A stretch of DNA of 64,000 bases from Promethearchaeota archaeon (lineage in GTDB: Archaea > Asgardarchaeota > Lokiarchaeia > Sigyniarchaeales > SOKP01), in NCBI GenBank assembly GCA_011364975.1, contig RDOE01000002.1, positions 37,188 through 101,187 of the forward strand, in the 5' to 3' direction. The notes under the pieces were generated by a model. The model was not told where the DNA came from. It did not search any database and saw only the letters and a program-made list of their open reading frames with translations. Shown here piece by piece: positions 37,376 to 47,777 of this stretch (position 1 is the stretch's first letter; the number at the start of each line of letters is the position of its first letter). Position numbers and translations under genes: made by a program.

Positions 37376-38437
37376 ATGATTTTTAATCAAGTCAAGCGAA
37401 AGTTAATTAAGGAGAGATTTAGATTTTTTTTCTATGAAATAAGCCTCTCATTTCTATTGATATTTTTTATTTCCTCACTTGAATGGATGATTTTACCAAT
37501 TGAATTAAATCCTGAGGTATTCGGAATGATTTTTTATATGATTCGAGGTTTAATTGTGTTTTTAGCGATACCCACAACAATATTTGTGATGAAGAAACTT
37601 AGGGGACCTCTTCACAATGACTTAATTGCGGGATCGAAAGTTTCACCATTTAAAAGTCATTTTATGATGTATCAAGTCTCAAAAAGTAATTATAAATACC
37701 AAATCTTGTATGGGATTTTGTTACTGTTTTTAGTCTTTATACCTATGAACTTCTTCTTATATCTCTTAATTCCAGAAATGCTTTTATATCACTCTTTTTC
37801 ATTAGGATTAGATTTACAGAATTCTTATTTGTTAATAAATAATTTTATAATATTTTTCGTTTTATTAGTTATAATACAGGTTTCTATTGCAATCACAGAA
37901 GAAACTATATATAGAGGATTTGTTAATAAAAGAGGAAGCGAGTATTTTAATCGTATTTCGGCAGTTTTAATATCAGCTTATTTTTATGGGTTCATAAGTT
38001 TATTATATTATTTAGATCCTATAAGTATTAATTTTGATTCTTGGTTTGTTGGTATATGGTTTTTTGCGTTGTTTTTTATTGGATTAATTCTTTCCCTTAC
38101 TACAATAAGAAAAAAGTGGCTATTTCCTTCTATTTTTGCTCATTCTATTAGTAATATAATAATGGTAAGTATAATTTGGTATTTTCTGAATGGAGGAGTA
38201 TATCTCGAAATACTAATTTTTATTTACTTACCATTATTAGGAGGGAGTTTAATTTTACTTATTTGGCAATATAGAAGAATTAGAGAAAGCATCTTGATTG
38301 GAATAAATATGCTAAAGAATTATTTGAAAAATGACGAAAAAGAAGATGAAAGAAATAATGATAAATATTTTCGAATATTTTTTGATATTGTTATTGGATT
38401 TTTAATATTTCTAATCGGACTATTGATCACAGTATAA
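37376..38437 (+). CDS. CPBP family intramembrane protease-like protein
   Basis: EETIYRG and AHSISN motifs; polytopic. The middle FxxxH histidine is not evident. Confidence 0.72.
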   Translation: MIFNQVKRKLIKERFRFFFYEISLSFLLIFFISSLEWMILPIELNPEVFGMIFYMIRGLIVFLAIPTTIFVMKKLRGPLHNDLIAGSKVSPFKSHFMMYQVSKSNYKYQILYGILLLFLVFIPMNFFLYLLIPEMLLYHSFSLGLDLQNSYLLINNFIIFFVLLVIIQVSIAITEETIYRGFVNKRGSEYFNRISAVLISAYFYGFISLLYYLDPISINFDSWFVGIWFFALFFIGLILSLTTIRKKWLFPSIFAHSISNIIMVSIIWYFLNGGVYLEILIFIYLPLLGGSLILLIWQYRRIRESILIGINMLKNYLKNDEKEDERNNDKYFRIFFDIVIGFLIFLIGLLITV

Positions 38438-38472
38438 ATTATTTTATTAGAACGATTTAAAGATGGTATTCA

Positions 38473-39522
38473 ATGTTTCAAAGAAGAAAAACTCAGTATA
38501 AATTTAAAACTTATAAATCTGATGCCGCTCCCTTTTTCTTTTTTATCGATATTTTTCCTCTCGATTCAGATAATTTTGATAGTCTCCGTTCATCAATTTT
38601 GGCTAATCAAATTAAAACCAATCCTATAATGCCTTTACCGATGAGAGTTGACCGTGTCTTTAATGGAGAAAGTTCGATAGTTATTCGTCCTAATGCTCCA
38701 ATTTCTTTTCCAATAAACGATTCTATTAATGCGATAATCAATCCAATACCTTTTTTCCAATTGGGTTTTGAGAAATTACTTTTTTTTACCGAAATGAGAT
38801 CTCATGAGAAATTATTTCTACCCCTCAAACAAGAAAAGGTTAACCAATGGTGGAAAGCTACGAGGTTTCTCTATGGAAATTTAAATCAGATTGAAGAAGA
38901 TTTTTCAGCCTTTTTAAGAGCCTATTTATATACTATGATAAAAGCAAACGTTAATGATGAGGATATCATCGGTGCTGCGATAGAGTATTGTGAAATTGTA
39001 AATAAAATTTGTAAAGAGAAAATGATGAGAAATTCAATCTTAGTTGAAACAAACCAAAATCAAGAGAAAGTTAAATTATATAGAGAAAAAACAGCTAAAT
39101 ATAGGACTAAACTAAAAACAGTCAAAAAAATTGAATATCATCCGGAACTTATTGATATTGAAGTTTATGACCTCTCTGAGAACGGATTTTTAAATCGAGG
39201 AGATTTCAAGGAGTTTATTGCAGAGAATTTTGATAATATTGTAATAAAATACATTCCATTATTATTATATGATGATCTACAAGAATGTATGCTACAAAAT
39301 CTAAATTTACTAGAAACAAATGAAATTGAAGTATTAAATCCCTCAATATTATTAGAGAAGAACGTAATTATATTTAAAAAACCAGAAGAAATACATAATG
39401 AAGAATTAAACAAATATAGTTGGTTAAATGATTTAAATGAAGTTGATATTAAATCAATATTTGATTCTATAACTGAAACATTAACTCATTTCAGTAAGAA
39501 GAATCAAATAGACTCACTTTAG
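38473..39522 (+). CDS. Hypothetical soluble protein
   Basis: 349-aa ORF with normal codon composition; no family recognised. Confidence 0.7.
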   Translation: MFQRRKTQYKFKTYKSDAAPFFFFIDIFPLDSDNFDSLRSSILANQIKTNPIMPLPMRVDRVFNGESSIVIRPNAPISFPINDSINAIINPIPFFQLGFEKLLFFTEMRSHEKLFLPLKQEKVNQWWKATRFLYGNLNQIEEDFSAFLRAYLYTMIKANVNDEDIIGAAIEYCEIVNKICKEKMMRNSILVETNQNQEKVKLYREKTAKYRTKLKTVKKIEYHPELIDIEVYDLSENGFLNRGDFKEFIAENFDNIVIKYIPLLLYDDLQECMLQNLNLLETNEIEVLNPSILLEKNVIIFKKPEEIHNEELNKYSWLNDLNEVDIKSIFDSITETLTHFSKKNQIDSL

Positions 39523-39584
39523 AGGATTTTAATAAAAAGTTAAAAAAAAGTAAAGTGTTAAGGAAAAAGGGTTATATATTACCT

Positions 39585-40010
39585 TTATTCAAAGTATTGA
39601 GCTCCTTCTTCCATAGCTAAACCTAATATTTCACCATATGCAATAGCATCTTGAAGATTACCTTCGATTACAAGATCGCCGGACATATAAGCACTGGTAG
39701 AATCAATTTCCCCACTTGATAATCCTGCCCAAGTAGCACCTGTTGCTGACATTGTAACGCTTGGATCATCTGCTTCTCCTTCTCCATAATCAACATTACC
39801 CTCTCCAAGCTTCACCCAATATTTATAATCAGCATCAGTTATAATTAATTGTACCGTCATAAGATCAATATCGTCTAATTCTTCTTTTAAATCTTCACTT
39901 TCAGCAGCGACTTGTTTCACAAATTCATACATTTTCAGAGAATCAGAAGGTTTACTTGCCCCTTTTTCTCTCATTTCTTTTAATTCTTTAACTAATTGCT
40001 CATCAACCAT
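39585..40010 (-). CDS. SCP2 sterol/lipid-binding domain protein
   Basis: GEGEADDPSVTM...GEIDSTSAYMSGDLVIEGNL. The ATG at 40010 is preferred over the TTG at 40022. Confidence 0.88.
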   Translation of the reverse strand: MVDEQLVKELKEMREKGASKPSDSLKMYEFVKQVAAESEDLKEELDDIDLMTVQLIITDADYKYWVKLGEGNVDYGEGEADDPSVTMSATGATWAGLSSGEIDSTSAYMSGDLVIEGNLQDAIAYGEILGLAMEEGAQYFE

Positions 40011-40617
40011 TTGATATTTCAACCTTTAAAAATTATTTAAATTTTTTATTTGAGATATAAAATACAATGTCAATTTATTTTAAAGGTTTATTTTTTGTCA
40101 TTTTTTCCTTTGTATTAGGGATTAAAATAAGTTTAAAAAAAAATCAATCGTGATATTCAAATGTATATAATAATTTAATTAGATTTATCGATTCAATTGA
40201 TTAATTTAAATGTTAAGGAATTAAAATACTTTGAAGACGATATTATTTTTTAGATTTAATGAAATTACAGATTGTTTTCAAGATGTATTCGGTTATAGGG
40301 TAATTATTTGACACAAAAAGGGGATGAGTCTATTCAATCTATTACTTGTGTTCTTACCTGCTCAAATGCAGAGTTCTACGAAAAAATAATTAGAATGAAT
40401 GATAATTAAGTTAGATCTAAAAAAAATGGATAAGGATTTGGTGTCAGAGTGGTTTCATATATTCATTCCAGAGGGGATTAAGAGTTAATTTGATTTAATG
40501 ACCAAGATTGTTAAAAAGAACGTATAAAGATCAATTATGGTTGATATAATTTATCAAAATTTTTAATCTTATAATGATTAACTAATTTATTATCACAATC
40601 ATCATGGTAATTAGGAT

Positions 40618-41874
40618 ATGCTACGAGTGGGTATAATAGGCTGTGGAGCTATTTCAAATCTAAATGTTCTTGGTTATCTTCATTCCCAAGATGCAGAGTT
40701 AGTTGCGGTTTGTGATACTGATGTTAAAAGAGCAAGAGAAAAATTAGAAAGATGGGGGCTAAGAACTTTAAAGATCTATGAAGATTATAAAAAGTTAATA
40801 GATCATGAGGATCTCGATATTGTTGAGATATTAACTCCACATAATTTACATCTTCCGATGACAAAATACGCAGCAGAAGCAGAAATTCCAGGAATATCGG
40901 TTCAAAAACCTATGGCTCACACTATAACTGATTGTGAAAAAATGATTGAAATTTGTAAGAAAAGTGATGTTAAACTAAAAATTTTTGAAAATTTTCGATT
41001 TTACCCTCCATTTTTAAAAGCGAAAGAACTTTTAGATGAAGGGATTATAGGTGACCCCTTAAATTTTAGAATAAATACGATAAAATTTCGAGGACCTTCG
41101 ATGTATGTCGATCTTAAGTCTTCTAGTTGGCGGATAAAATTTGACATTTGTGGTGGGGGGCCCTTGATTTATGACGACGGAATTCATAAGTTTTCCTTAG
41201 CTTTATGGTTGATGGATCAGAAGCGAGTTGAAGAATTGTATGCTTGGATCGATTATTTTAACGTCGTTATGGACATCCCAAATTATATTATTTGGAAATA
41301 TCCTAATTATAATCATAATTCACTCCCTAAATATGGAACTATGGAGTTTACTTTCGCCCCTAATCTCTATTATCCTAACAACTATTATGATTGTGATGAA
41401 TTTATTGAGATATCTGGCACAAAAGGAATAATGTGGCTCAATCAATGCACAGGAGGAGGAAATTTTCTATCAAAAACACCACAATTCCCCCCAATTGTAG
41501 TATACACTGATGGGGAAGTTAAGAAATATGGAGAAGATATGCCAAGAGATTGGAGATACTCTTTTATAAATTCTACTGAACACTTTATAAATGTAATAAA
41601 AAATGGTGGCGTTCCTATTTATACAGGCGAAGAAGGAAAAAATCTCTGTATTTTTGCAAAAATGCCTTATATCTCAAATCAGAGAAATAGAATTGTGTTG
41701 TGGAAAGAAGTGTCCGCTGAAAACGAAATTAATAAATCTTGCGTCGTTGAAGAACCCAAATTTGAGGATAGGAGCGGATTTCCAAGATTCAATCGAAATT
41801 TAAGAAAAGATTTGAAAAAAGGGATTAATCAAGGGTTAATTAATACAGAGTTTAAATACCAATATGACGATTAG
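40618..41874 (+). CDS. Gfo/Idh/MocA family oxidoreductase
   Basis: VGIIGCGAI, LDIVEILTPHNLH, VQKPMA, ENFRF, DDGIH. Confidence 0.9.
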   Translation: MLRVGIIGCGAISNLNVLGYLHSQDAELVAVCDTDVKRAREKLERWGLRTLKIYEDYKKLIDHEDLDIVEILTPHNLHLPMTKYAAEAEIPGISVQKPMAHTITDCEKMIEICKKSDVKLKIFENFRFYPPFLKAKELLDEGIIGDPLNFRINTIKFRGPSMYVDLKSSSWRIKFDICGGGPLIYDDGIHKFSLALWLMDQKRVEELYAWIDYFNVVMDIPNYIIWKYPNYNHNSLPKYGTMEFTFAPNLYYPNNYYDCDEFIEISGTKGIMWLNQCTGGGNFLSKTPQFPPIVVYTDGEVKKYGEDMPRDWRYSFINSTEHFINVIKNGGVPIYTGEEGKNLCIFAKMPYISNQRNRIVLWKEVSAENEINKSCVVEEPKFEDRSGFPRFNRNLRKDLKKGINQGLINTEFKYQYDD

Positions 41875-42981
41875 CTAATCAATTTGAGCAACAATTATCT
41901 CCCGTTTCTCTTCTGCAGACTTTATAGCTGCTAAATTGAATTGTAAAACTTTTTTAGCCTCGATTCCTGATAATATTGGAGTTTTTCCGCTTTTAACAAT
42001 ATCAATTAAATGTTTAGTAGCATTAATGAAACTCAGCTTCCAATCGTTATTGAATTCTCTATATGTTTCAACTTTTCCATCCCTAATTATAACGATTGGT
42101 GCAAAAATCTCCGATTCAGTCATTTTATTTCCTATTGAAGTGCCTTGATTTATCTTCATAATCCCTCGGGTGCCTATTATTTCTATAAACTCATCAGTAG
42201 AATAATAAATAGATGGGATATTCATTTCGGGCAGTAAGCAAAACTCCATTTGCCCATATTGAGGAACAACATGTTCTATACTTTGTTTATATTTAAATAT
42301 AACATATGCAGGAGCATCCAGTCCTTTGTAGGAATCGGTCCAAGCAAATACTTTTTCGATTTCTTCATCTACGAACCATTTTGCCAAAGTAAATGCATGC
42401 CAACCATTATCAAATAATACTGGTGAACCGTTCTTGCTTCCTCCAACCTGGCTTGGAATAGATCTCCAGCTTTGAGCGCTTTCTGAAACATCCCATCCAC
42501 CAAATCCACCCATTGCGATTTTAATCCGAATAGAACTAATATCTCCTATATAATCGTTATCTAACAATTCTTTCGCTTTAACAATATGTGGGATAAAAAG
42601 AAAGTTCTCGTATATAGAGAGAATTGACCCGGATTTTTCACAAGCTAAAATCATAGAATTCGCTTCGTCTAAGGTTAAAGCCATGGGTTTTTGAACTGAA
42701 ATTACTCTAACTCCCTTTTTAGCTGCGTTAATTGTAGCATCCGCATGTAAGTGATGAGGTAAAAGGATTTCAACGATATCTAAATCCTCTTTATCTAACA
42801 TTTGATTGTAATCAGTATAGACTTCTACTTTACGATCAAGATTGAATTTCTTTACCTTAGATTTGGCTTTTTCAATGGTTCTATTGCATAAACATGAAAC
42901 TTCAACATCATTATTGTTTAAATATCCAAGAATATTTAAGTCAAAAATAGTACCGGTACCAATTATTCCGACTCTTAGCAT
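41875..42981 (-). CDS. Gfo/Idh/MocA family oxidoreductase (paralogue of the adjacent gene)
   Basis: VGIIGTGTI, LDIVEILLPHHLH, VQKPMA, DNGWH. Confidence 0.9.
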   Translation of the reverse strand: MLRVGIIGTGTIFDLNILGYLNNNDVEVSCLCNRTIEKAKSKVKKFNLDRKVEVYTDYNQMLDKEDLDIVEILLPHHLHADATINAAKKGVRVISVQKPMALTLDEANSMILACEKSGSILSIYENFLFIPHIVKAKELLDNDYIGDISSIRIKIAMGGFGGWDVSESAQSWRSIPSQVGGSKNGSPVLFDNGWHAFTLAKWFVDEEIEKVFAWTDSYKGLDAPAYVIFKYKQSIEHVVPQYGQMEFCLLPEMNIPSIYYSTDEFIEIIGTRGIMKINQGTSIGNKMTESEIFAPIVIIRDGKVETYREFNNDWKLSFINATKHLIDIVKSGKTPILSGIEAKKVLQFNLAAIKSAEEKREIIVAQID

Positions 42982-43172
42982 AACAAGTATTTAAATCATT
43001 AATCAAATTTATATAACTCTATTATTAAAAAAGTAATAGTAATGTTTATTCCAAAAGGTTTTATTTCTCGATAGATGTAAAAAATAACTTAAATTATGAT
43101 TGATTCTTATTATGTTTGAAATAATTTAATACAAATTTGAGAGGATTATTCAGTTATTTTGAGGTATGAGAT

Positions 43173-44840
43173 ATGAAAAATCCTGTAAACGATTTAGATT
43201 TTAGAAAGGCCTATGAAAGAGCGTTGTATTTAGGGTGTGGTTATTCCTATGACGATTTAGAAAAACCTCGTATAGCAATAGTTAATTCTTGGAATGAAAT
43301 CAATCCAGGGCATATCCATTTACAAAAATTGGCGAAATTTGTTAAAAATGGGGTAAAAAAAGCTGGTGGAACACCTATGGAATTTAATACTATTGCTATT
43401 TGTGATGGCATCGCAAATTCGGGCAATTTCTCAAAATATGTTTTACCAACTCGTGAAATTATCGCAGCATCCATCGAAAGCACTATAAAAGCATACAATT
43501 TTGACGGTATGGTCATGGTGTGTTCATGTGATAAAATAATTCCTGGGATGCTAATTGCTGCAACAAGATGTAATCTCCCAACCATATTTTTAACCGGGGG
43601 AGTAATGGAGCCTAAATATTTTGAAACTGGACCCTTAAAAGGGAAAACCTATGTAACTTCCGATATAAAGGAGGCGATTGGTCAATTTAATAGGGGGAAA
43701 CTTACTAAGGAAGAATTTTTGCTAATAGAATCACAAACTTGCTGCTCTCCTGGTGCATGTAACATGATGGGAACAGCGAATACGATGGCATGTATCGTTG
43801 AAGCAATGGGTTTATCATTGCCAGAATGTGCAACTATGAGTGCAATATCAAAGGAAAAAGAAACTCTTTCTTATGAAACTGGAAGAACAATTATAGATTT
43901 GGTGAGGGATGATGTTAGGGCTTTAGATTTAATTACTCATGATTCAATTGAAAATGCGATAAAAGTTGCTCTTTCTTTTGGAGGATCATCAAATATGATC
44001 TTACACATGTGTGCTTTATCACATGAAATTGGAGGAAATCTCAATCACTTTGACTTCGATAAATTAAGTAAAAAGATACCCCTACTCGCCAAATTCAAAC
44101 CAGCATCAGAATATAATTTAACGGAATTTCATAATGCCGGAGGTGTTAAAGTATTGATGAAAAAATTAGAACCTTTGTTGAAGTTATCTTCAAAAAATGT
44201 ATCAGGGTTAACTTTAGAGGAGTTTTTAAAAAATATTATATATGATGATTATCAAATAATTCGTAATTTAGAAGACCCTATTGATTTAGAAGGTGGAATT
44301 GCAGTTTTATCAGGAAATTTAGCTCCAGATGGAGCAATAATAAAACAAAGTGCATTAAATAAAAATATGCGATATCATAAAGGCCCTGCGAAAACCTTTG
44401 AGTCTGAGGAAGAAGTTAGAGATGCTTTGCTAGAGAATAGAGTAAATAAGGGTGATGTATTAATTATTAGAAATGAGGGTCCAAAGGGTTCTCCAGGTAT
44501 GAGAGAATTATCTCTTCCTGCAGCAATTCTAGTGGGAATGGGCTTAGGTGATTCAGTTGCGATGATTACTGATGGCAGATACTCAGGAGCAACTCGAGGG
44601 CCATGTATTGGCCATGTTTGTCCCGAAGCATACGAAGGAGGACCCATTGCGATTGTTAAAGATGGAGATATTATAGAGATAGATATTGAAAATCGAAGCT
44701 TAAATATTTTGATTTCGGATGATGAGATTAATTCCCGATTAAAAGTATGGGAACGAGTTAAACCGTTTACTACTAAGGGATATTTAAGTATCTATAGGAA
44801 ATTAGTATCCTCTGCTAAATTTGGAGGTTTTTTAGAATAA
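43173..44840 (+). CDS. ilvD: Dihydroxy-acid dehydratase (IlvD/Edd family)
   Basis: [70 protein letters not shown]. Confidence 0.9.
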   Translation: MKNPVNDLDFRKAYERALYLGCGYSYDDLEKPRIAIVNSWNEINPGHIHLQKLAKFVKNGVKKAGGTPMEFNTIAICDGIANSGNFSKYVLPTREIIAASIESTIKAYNFDGMVMVCSCDKIIPGMLIAATRCNLPTIFLTGGVMEPKYFETGPLKGKTYVTSDIKEAIGQFNRGKLTKEEFLLIESQTCCSPGACNMMGTANTMACIVEAMGLSLPECATMSAISKEKETLSYETGRTIIDLVRDDVRALDLITHDSIENAIKVALSFGGSSNMILHMCALSHEIGGNLNHFDFDKLSKKIPLLAKFKPASEYNLTEFHNAGGVKVLMKKLEPLLKLSSKNVSGLTLEEFLKNIIYDDYQIIRNLEDPIDLEGGIAVLSGNLAPDGAIIKQSALNKNMRYHKGPAKTFESEEEVRDALLENRVNKGDVLIIRNEGPKGSPGMRELSLPAAILVGMGLGDSVAMITDGRYSGATRGPCIGHVCPEAYEGGPIAIVKDGDIIEIDIENRSLNILISDDEINSRLKVWERVKPFTTKGYLSIYRKLVSSAKFGGFLE

Positions 44841-44938
44841 TGGATCCTTCTTGAGATATGATTATTTCTAGTTTTTAATTATTTTTAACCAATTTAAATG
44901 AATTTTATAATTAGTATTTTATTATCAAATAATATAAT

Positions 44939-46102
44939 ATGATAGATGAAAGTCGAATAGAAGAAACAGTTAAGGCAATATCTTTCCCTAGATTATCTGG
45001 AACTGCGGATGAACGTAAGATTTTAACATTAATGTCTAAAAAGTTATCGATGCTCAATTTAGACCTTCATATTCAAGATTTTGAATTTAGTACTTTTTTT
45101 GGTAGATCTTACCCTAAGATCGGATTTCTTTTTGGTTTTGTTCTAATTGTCTTTTTCTACCTAAATTTTGAGTCAATTCTAATTCCAGTTTTATCATTAA
45201 TTATTTTGATTACCTTAATTTCTACATTTTTAATCACTCGAAACCCGGAAAATATTAGATTAAAGAGAATATTATCTTCGGCAAATATTTACGTTAAAAT
45301 CTTACCATCTGAGGAAAAACAAGAAGAACAAGACACTAATAACCTTAATATCTTTTTCTTTTCTCATTTAGACTCTAAAGGTCAGAGATTCTCTATACTG
45401 GCTCGGATTAGAGCAATAAGAGTATGGGCTTTCACTTCTTTAATATTAGTTGTGATTATAATTCTTAAAAATTATTTATTCATTCAATTAGCTTTACTCT
45501 TTTATGGTATTGGACTTATTCCTTTTATCTTAAATTTAATAGCAACAATATTAATCCTATTTAATACTTCTAATAATTTATCTGACGGTGCGATTGATGA
45601 TGCATCTGGAATTTCATGTGTATTTGAACTTTTAAACCATTATTTGGAACCAGAATCACGATTAAAAAACTTTAACTTATTTTTTATTTTTACTGGAGCT
45701 GAGGAATGTGGTACAATGGGAATACGTAATTTTTATAAATTAATTAAGGATTTAAGTAAAGAAAGTATATTCTTTTTCAACTTTGACTCTATAGCGGAAA
45801 GTATTTATTTATTTCCGGGTAAAAACCATTCTAATAGAGTTAAAACTCTTTACAAAATGTTTTTATCAAATAAAATGGGATTAGAGATAAAAAGTAACCC
45901 TAAGAAAATTTATTTTGGGTCTCATTCTGATGGTTATTACATGAAAAGAATGGGATTTGATGGTATTGGAATAGGAGATATGGATTGTTATAAATATATT
46001 CATTCTATAAACGATACGCCTGATAGAGTTAACTATTCCCTTTTGAAGAAATTATGTGAAGTTATTATAGATGTTTTAGATTCTTATGATAAGCAATTTT
46101 AA
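44939..46102 (+). CDS. M28 family peptidase with internal TM hairpins
   Basis: SHLDSK, GAIDDASG, AEECG, NFD, SDG, IHS.ND. Confidence 0.82.
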   Translation: MIDESRIEETVKAISFPRLSGTADERKILTLMSKKLSMLNLDLHIQDFEFSTFFGRSYPKIGFLFGFVLIVFFYLNFESILIPVLSLIILITLISTFLITRNPENIRLKRILSSANIYVKILPSEEKQEEQDTNNLNIFFFSHLDSKGQRFSILARIRAIRVWAFTSLILVVIIILKNYLFIQLALLFYGIGLIPFILNLIATILILFNTSNNLSDGAIDDASGISCVFELLNHYLEPESRLKNFNLFFIFTGAEECGTMGIRNFYKLIKDLSKESIFFFNFDSIAESIYLFPGKNHSNRVKTLYKMFLSNKMGLEIKSNPKKIYFGSHSDGYYMKRMGFDGIGIGDMDCYKYIHSINDTPDRVNYSLLKKLCEVIIDVLDSYDKQF

Positions 46103-46165
46103 AAAAGAGATTAAATCATATAATTATAGAGTTAAATATTAATTAAATCAAATTCCCAACTAGAA

Positions 46166-47722
46166 GTGCTTAACATCGAGGATTTAACTGACAAGGATTT
46201 AGGTGTTGTTTTAACTCCACCCAGAACGGCAGAATACATTATAAACAAATTAGGAAAAATTGGAGAAGATAAAGTTGTTCTTGATCCTTGCGTTGGTTCT
46301 GGAATTTTTATAGAGATTTTATTAAAATCAGGATTAAAGCAAGATCAGATATTCTGCTATGATATAAATCCAAATTTTAAGGTAAAAATTGAAGATATGG
46401 TTTCTAATTTTAAAATTTTAGATACTTTGCTGTCGATTTCCCTAAAGGACCATAATAAATTCGATTATGTTGTTGGAAATCCACCATATTTGAATAAATC
46501 TAGTACTTATATAAAAAGAAATAAAACAAAATTGAGAAAGCTCTATGGCAGTATTAATGCTCATGAAACTTATTCAATGTTTATTGTTAATAGTATTTGG
46601 AGATTAAAGGAAGGAGGGAAGTTAGGTTTCATAACCAGTGATTCATTTCTTTCGCTAAGTACTCATACAAGATTGAGGAAATTTATTTTAGATACTTGTA
46701 TTATAAATGAAATTCTGTTAGCCCCTAAAGATTTATTTTCCAGTCAAAATGTAAGTATAAATCCATTAATTATTATATTAACTAAATGTTCAGGTCAAAA
46801 TAACTTAAAAAACAGATATAATAACGTAATTAGGGTTATTCCGCGGGTTGCCTCAGAAGAAGAATATTGGAATCCAAAAATCGTAAACCTAATAGAACAA
46901 AAAAAGTACTTTTTATTACCTTTTAACATCTTCTTTATTGATGTAGAAGAAGGTATAATAAAATTATTTGAAAATGCCCCTAAATTAGAAGAATATGTGA
47001 AAGGTTATATCGGAATGCACACTCATAATAATCAAAAATATATCGCAGCTATTGCGGATTGCGATCTAGCCAATACTTTTAAAAAAAAAAATGAACGAAT
47101 CAATAAAGAAGATAAAAAGTATAAGATATTACCAAGAGAAGATTTAGAATCTAAAACTTGGAAACCCTATTTAAAAAGAGGAGGTTCTGAACAGTATTAT
47201 CGTCCAATTATCGAAGCTTTAGATTGGAGAGAAGGAGCAAGAAAGAATTATGACATTCCATACAATGTACCATTTGAAAAGGAAGGATTAGTTATTAGTG
47301 GAGTAAGTTCCAGATTAGCCGCAAGATATATGCCAAAAGGCTGTTATTGGGACTCTAATAAAGCAATTGGTTTCATTATTAAAACTAAATACCTTTCAAT
47401 CTATTATTTATTGGGTTTACTCAATAGTTCTTTATATAATTATCTTGCTAAAGGGATAATAAATAATACAAACAGTATCCAAATTAGCGGTATACATGCA
47501 TTACCTTTAATTTTACCAGATAAAGCTACGAAAGAAGAAGTTGAAATATACGTAAAAGAAATAATTAAAATGAAACAAAAGGATTTAATGTACGATTTCA
47601 CTCAACAACAAAAACTAATAGATAATCTTATCTTCAAATTTTACTCGAATAGATTTAATTTGTCAAATGACTTAAAATTAAAACTGGATTTGCAGTATTC
47701 TTCATATAGTTCTTCTTTTTAA
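46166..47722 (+). CDS. N6-adenine DNA methyltransferase (Eco57I/TaqI-like) with a C-terminal target-recognition region, orphan
   Basis: LGVVLTP, LDPCVGSGIF, VVGNPPY, LKEGGKLGFITSDSF, YLLGLLNS, LPL. Confidence 0.87.
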   Translation: MLNIEDLTDKDLGVVLTPPRTAEYIINKLGKIGEDKVVLDPCVGSGIFIEILLKSGLKQDQIFCYDINPNFKVKIEDMVSNFKILDTLLSISLKDHNKFDYVVGNPPYLNKSSTYIKRNKTKLRKLYGSINAHETYSMFIVNSIWRLKEGGKLGFITSDSFLSLSTHTRLRKFILDTCIINEILLAPKDLFSSQNVSINPLIIILTKCSGQNNLKNRYNNVIRVIPRVASEEEYWNPKIVNLIEQKKYFLLPFNIFFIDVEEGIIKLFENAPKLEEYVKGYIGMHTHNNQKYIAAIADCDLANTFKKKNERINKEDKKYKILPREDLESKTWKPYLKRGGSEQYYRPIIEALDWREGARKNYDIPYNVPFEKEGLVISGVSSRLAARYMPKGCYWDSNKAIGFIIKTKYLSIYYLLGLLNSSLYNYLAKGIINNTNSIQISGIHALPLILPDKATKEEVEIYVKEIIKMKQKDLMYDFTQQQKLIDNLIFKFYSNRFNLSNDLKLKLDLQYSSYSSSF

Positions 47723-47777
47723 AATCTTCAAACAGAAAACAAATAGATTATATAATAGGATTTAAATATTTTTGACA

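Noticed and set aside
28800-47722. Restriction-modification or defence island
   Set aside because: The two MTases are 16 kb apart among metabolic genes, with no nuclease, specificity subunit, integrase or transposase nearby.
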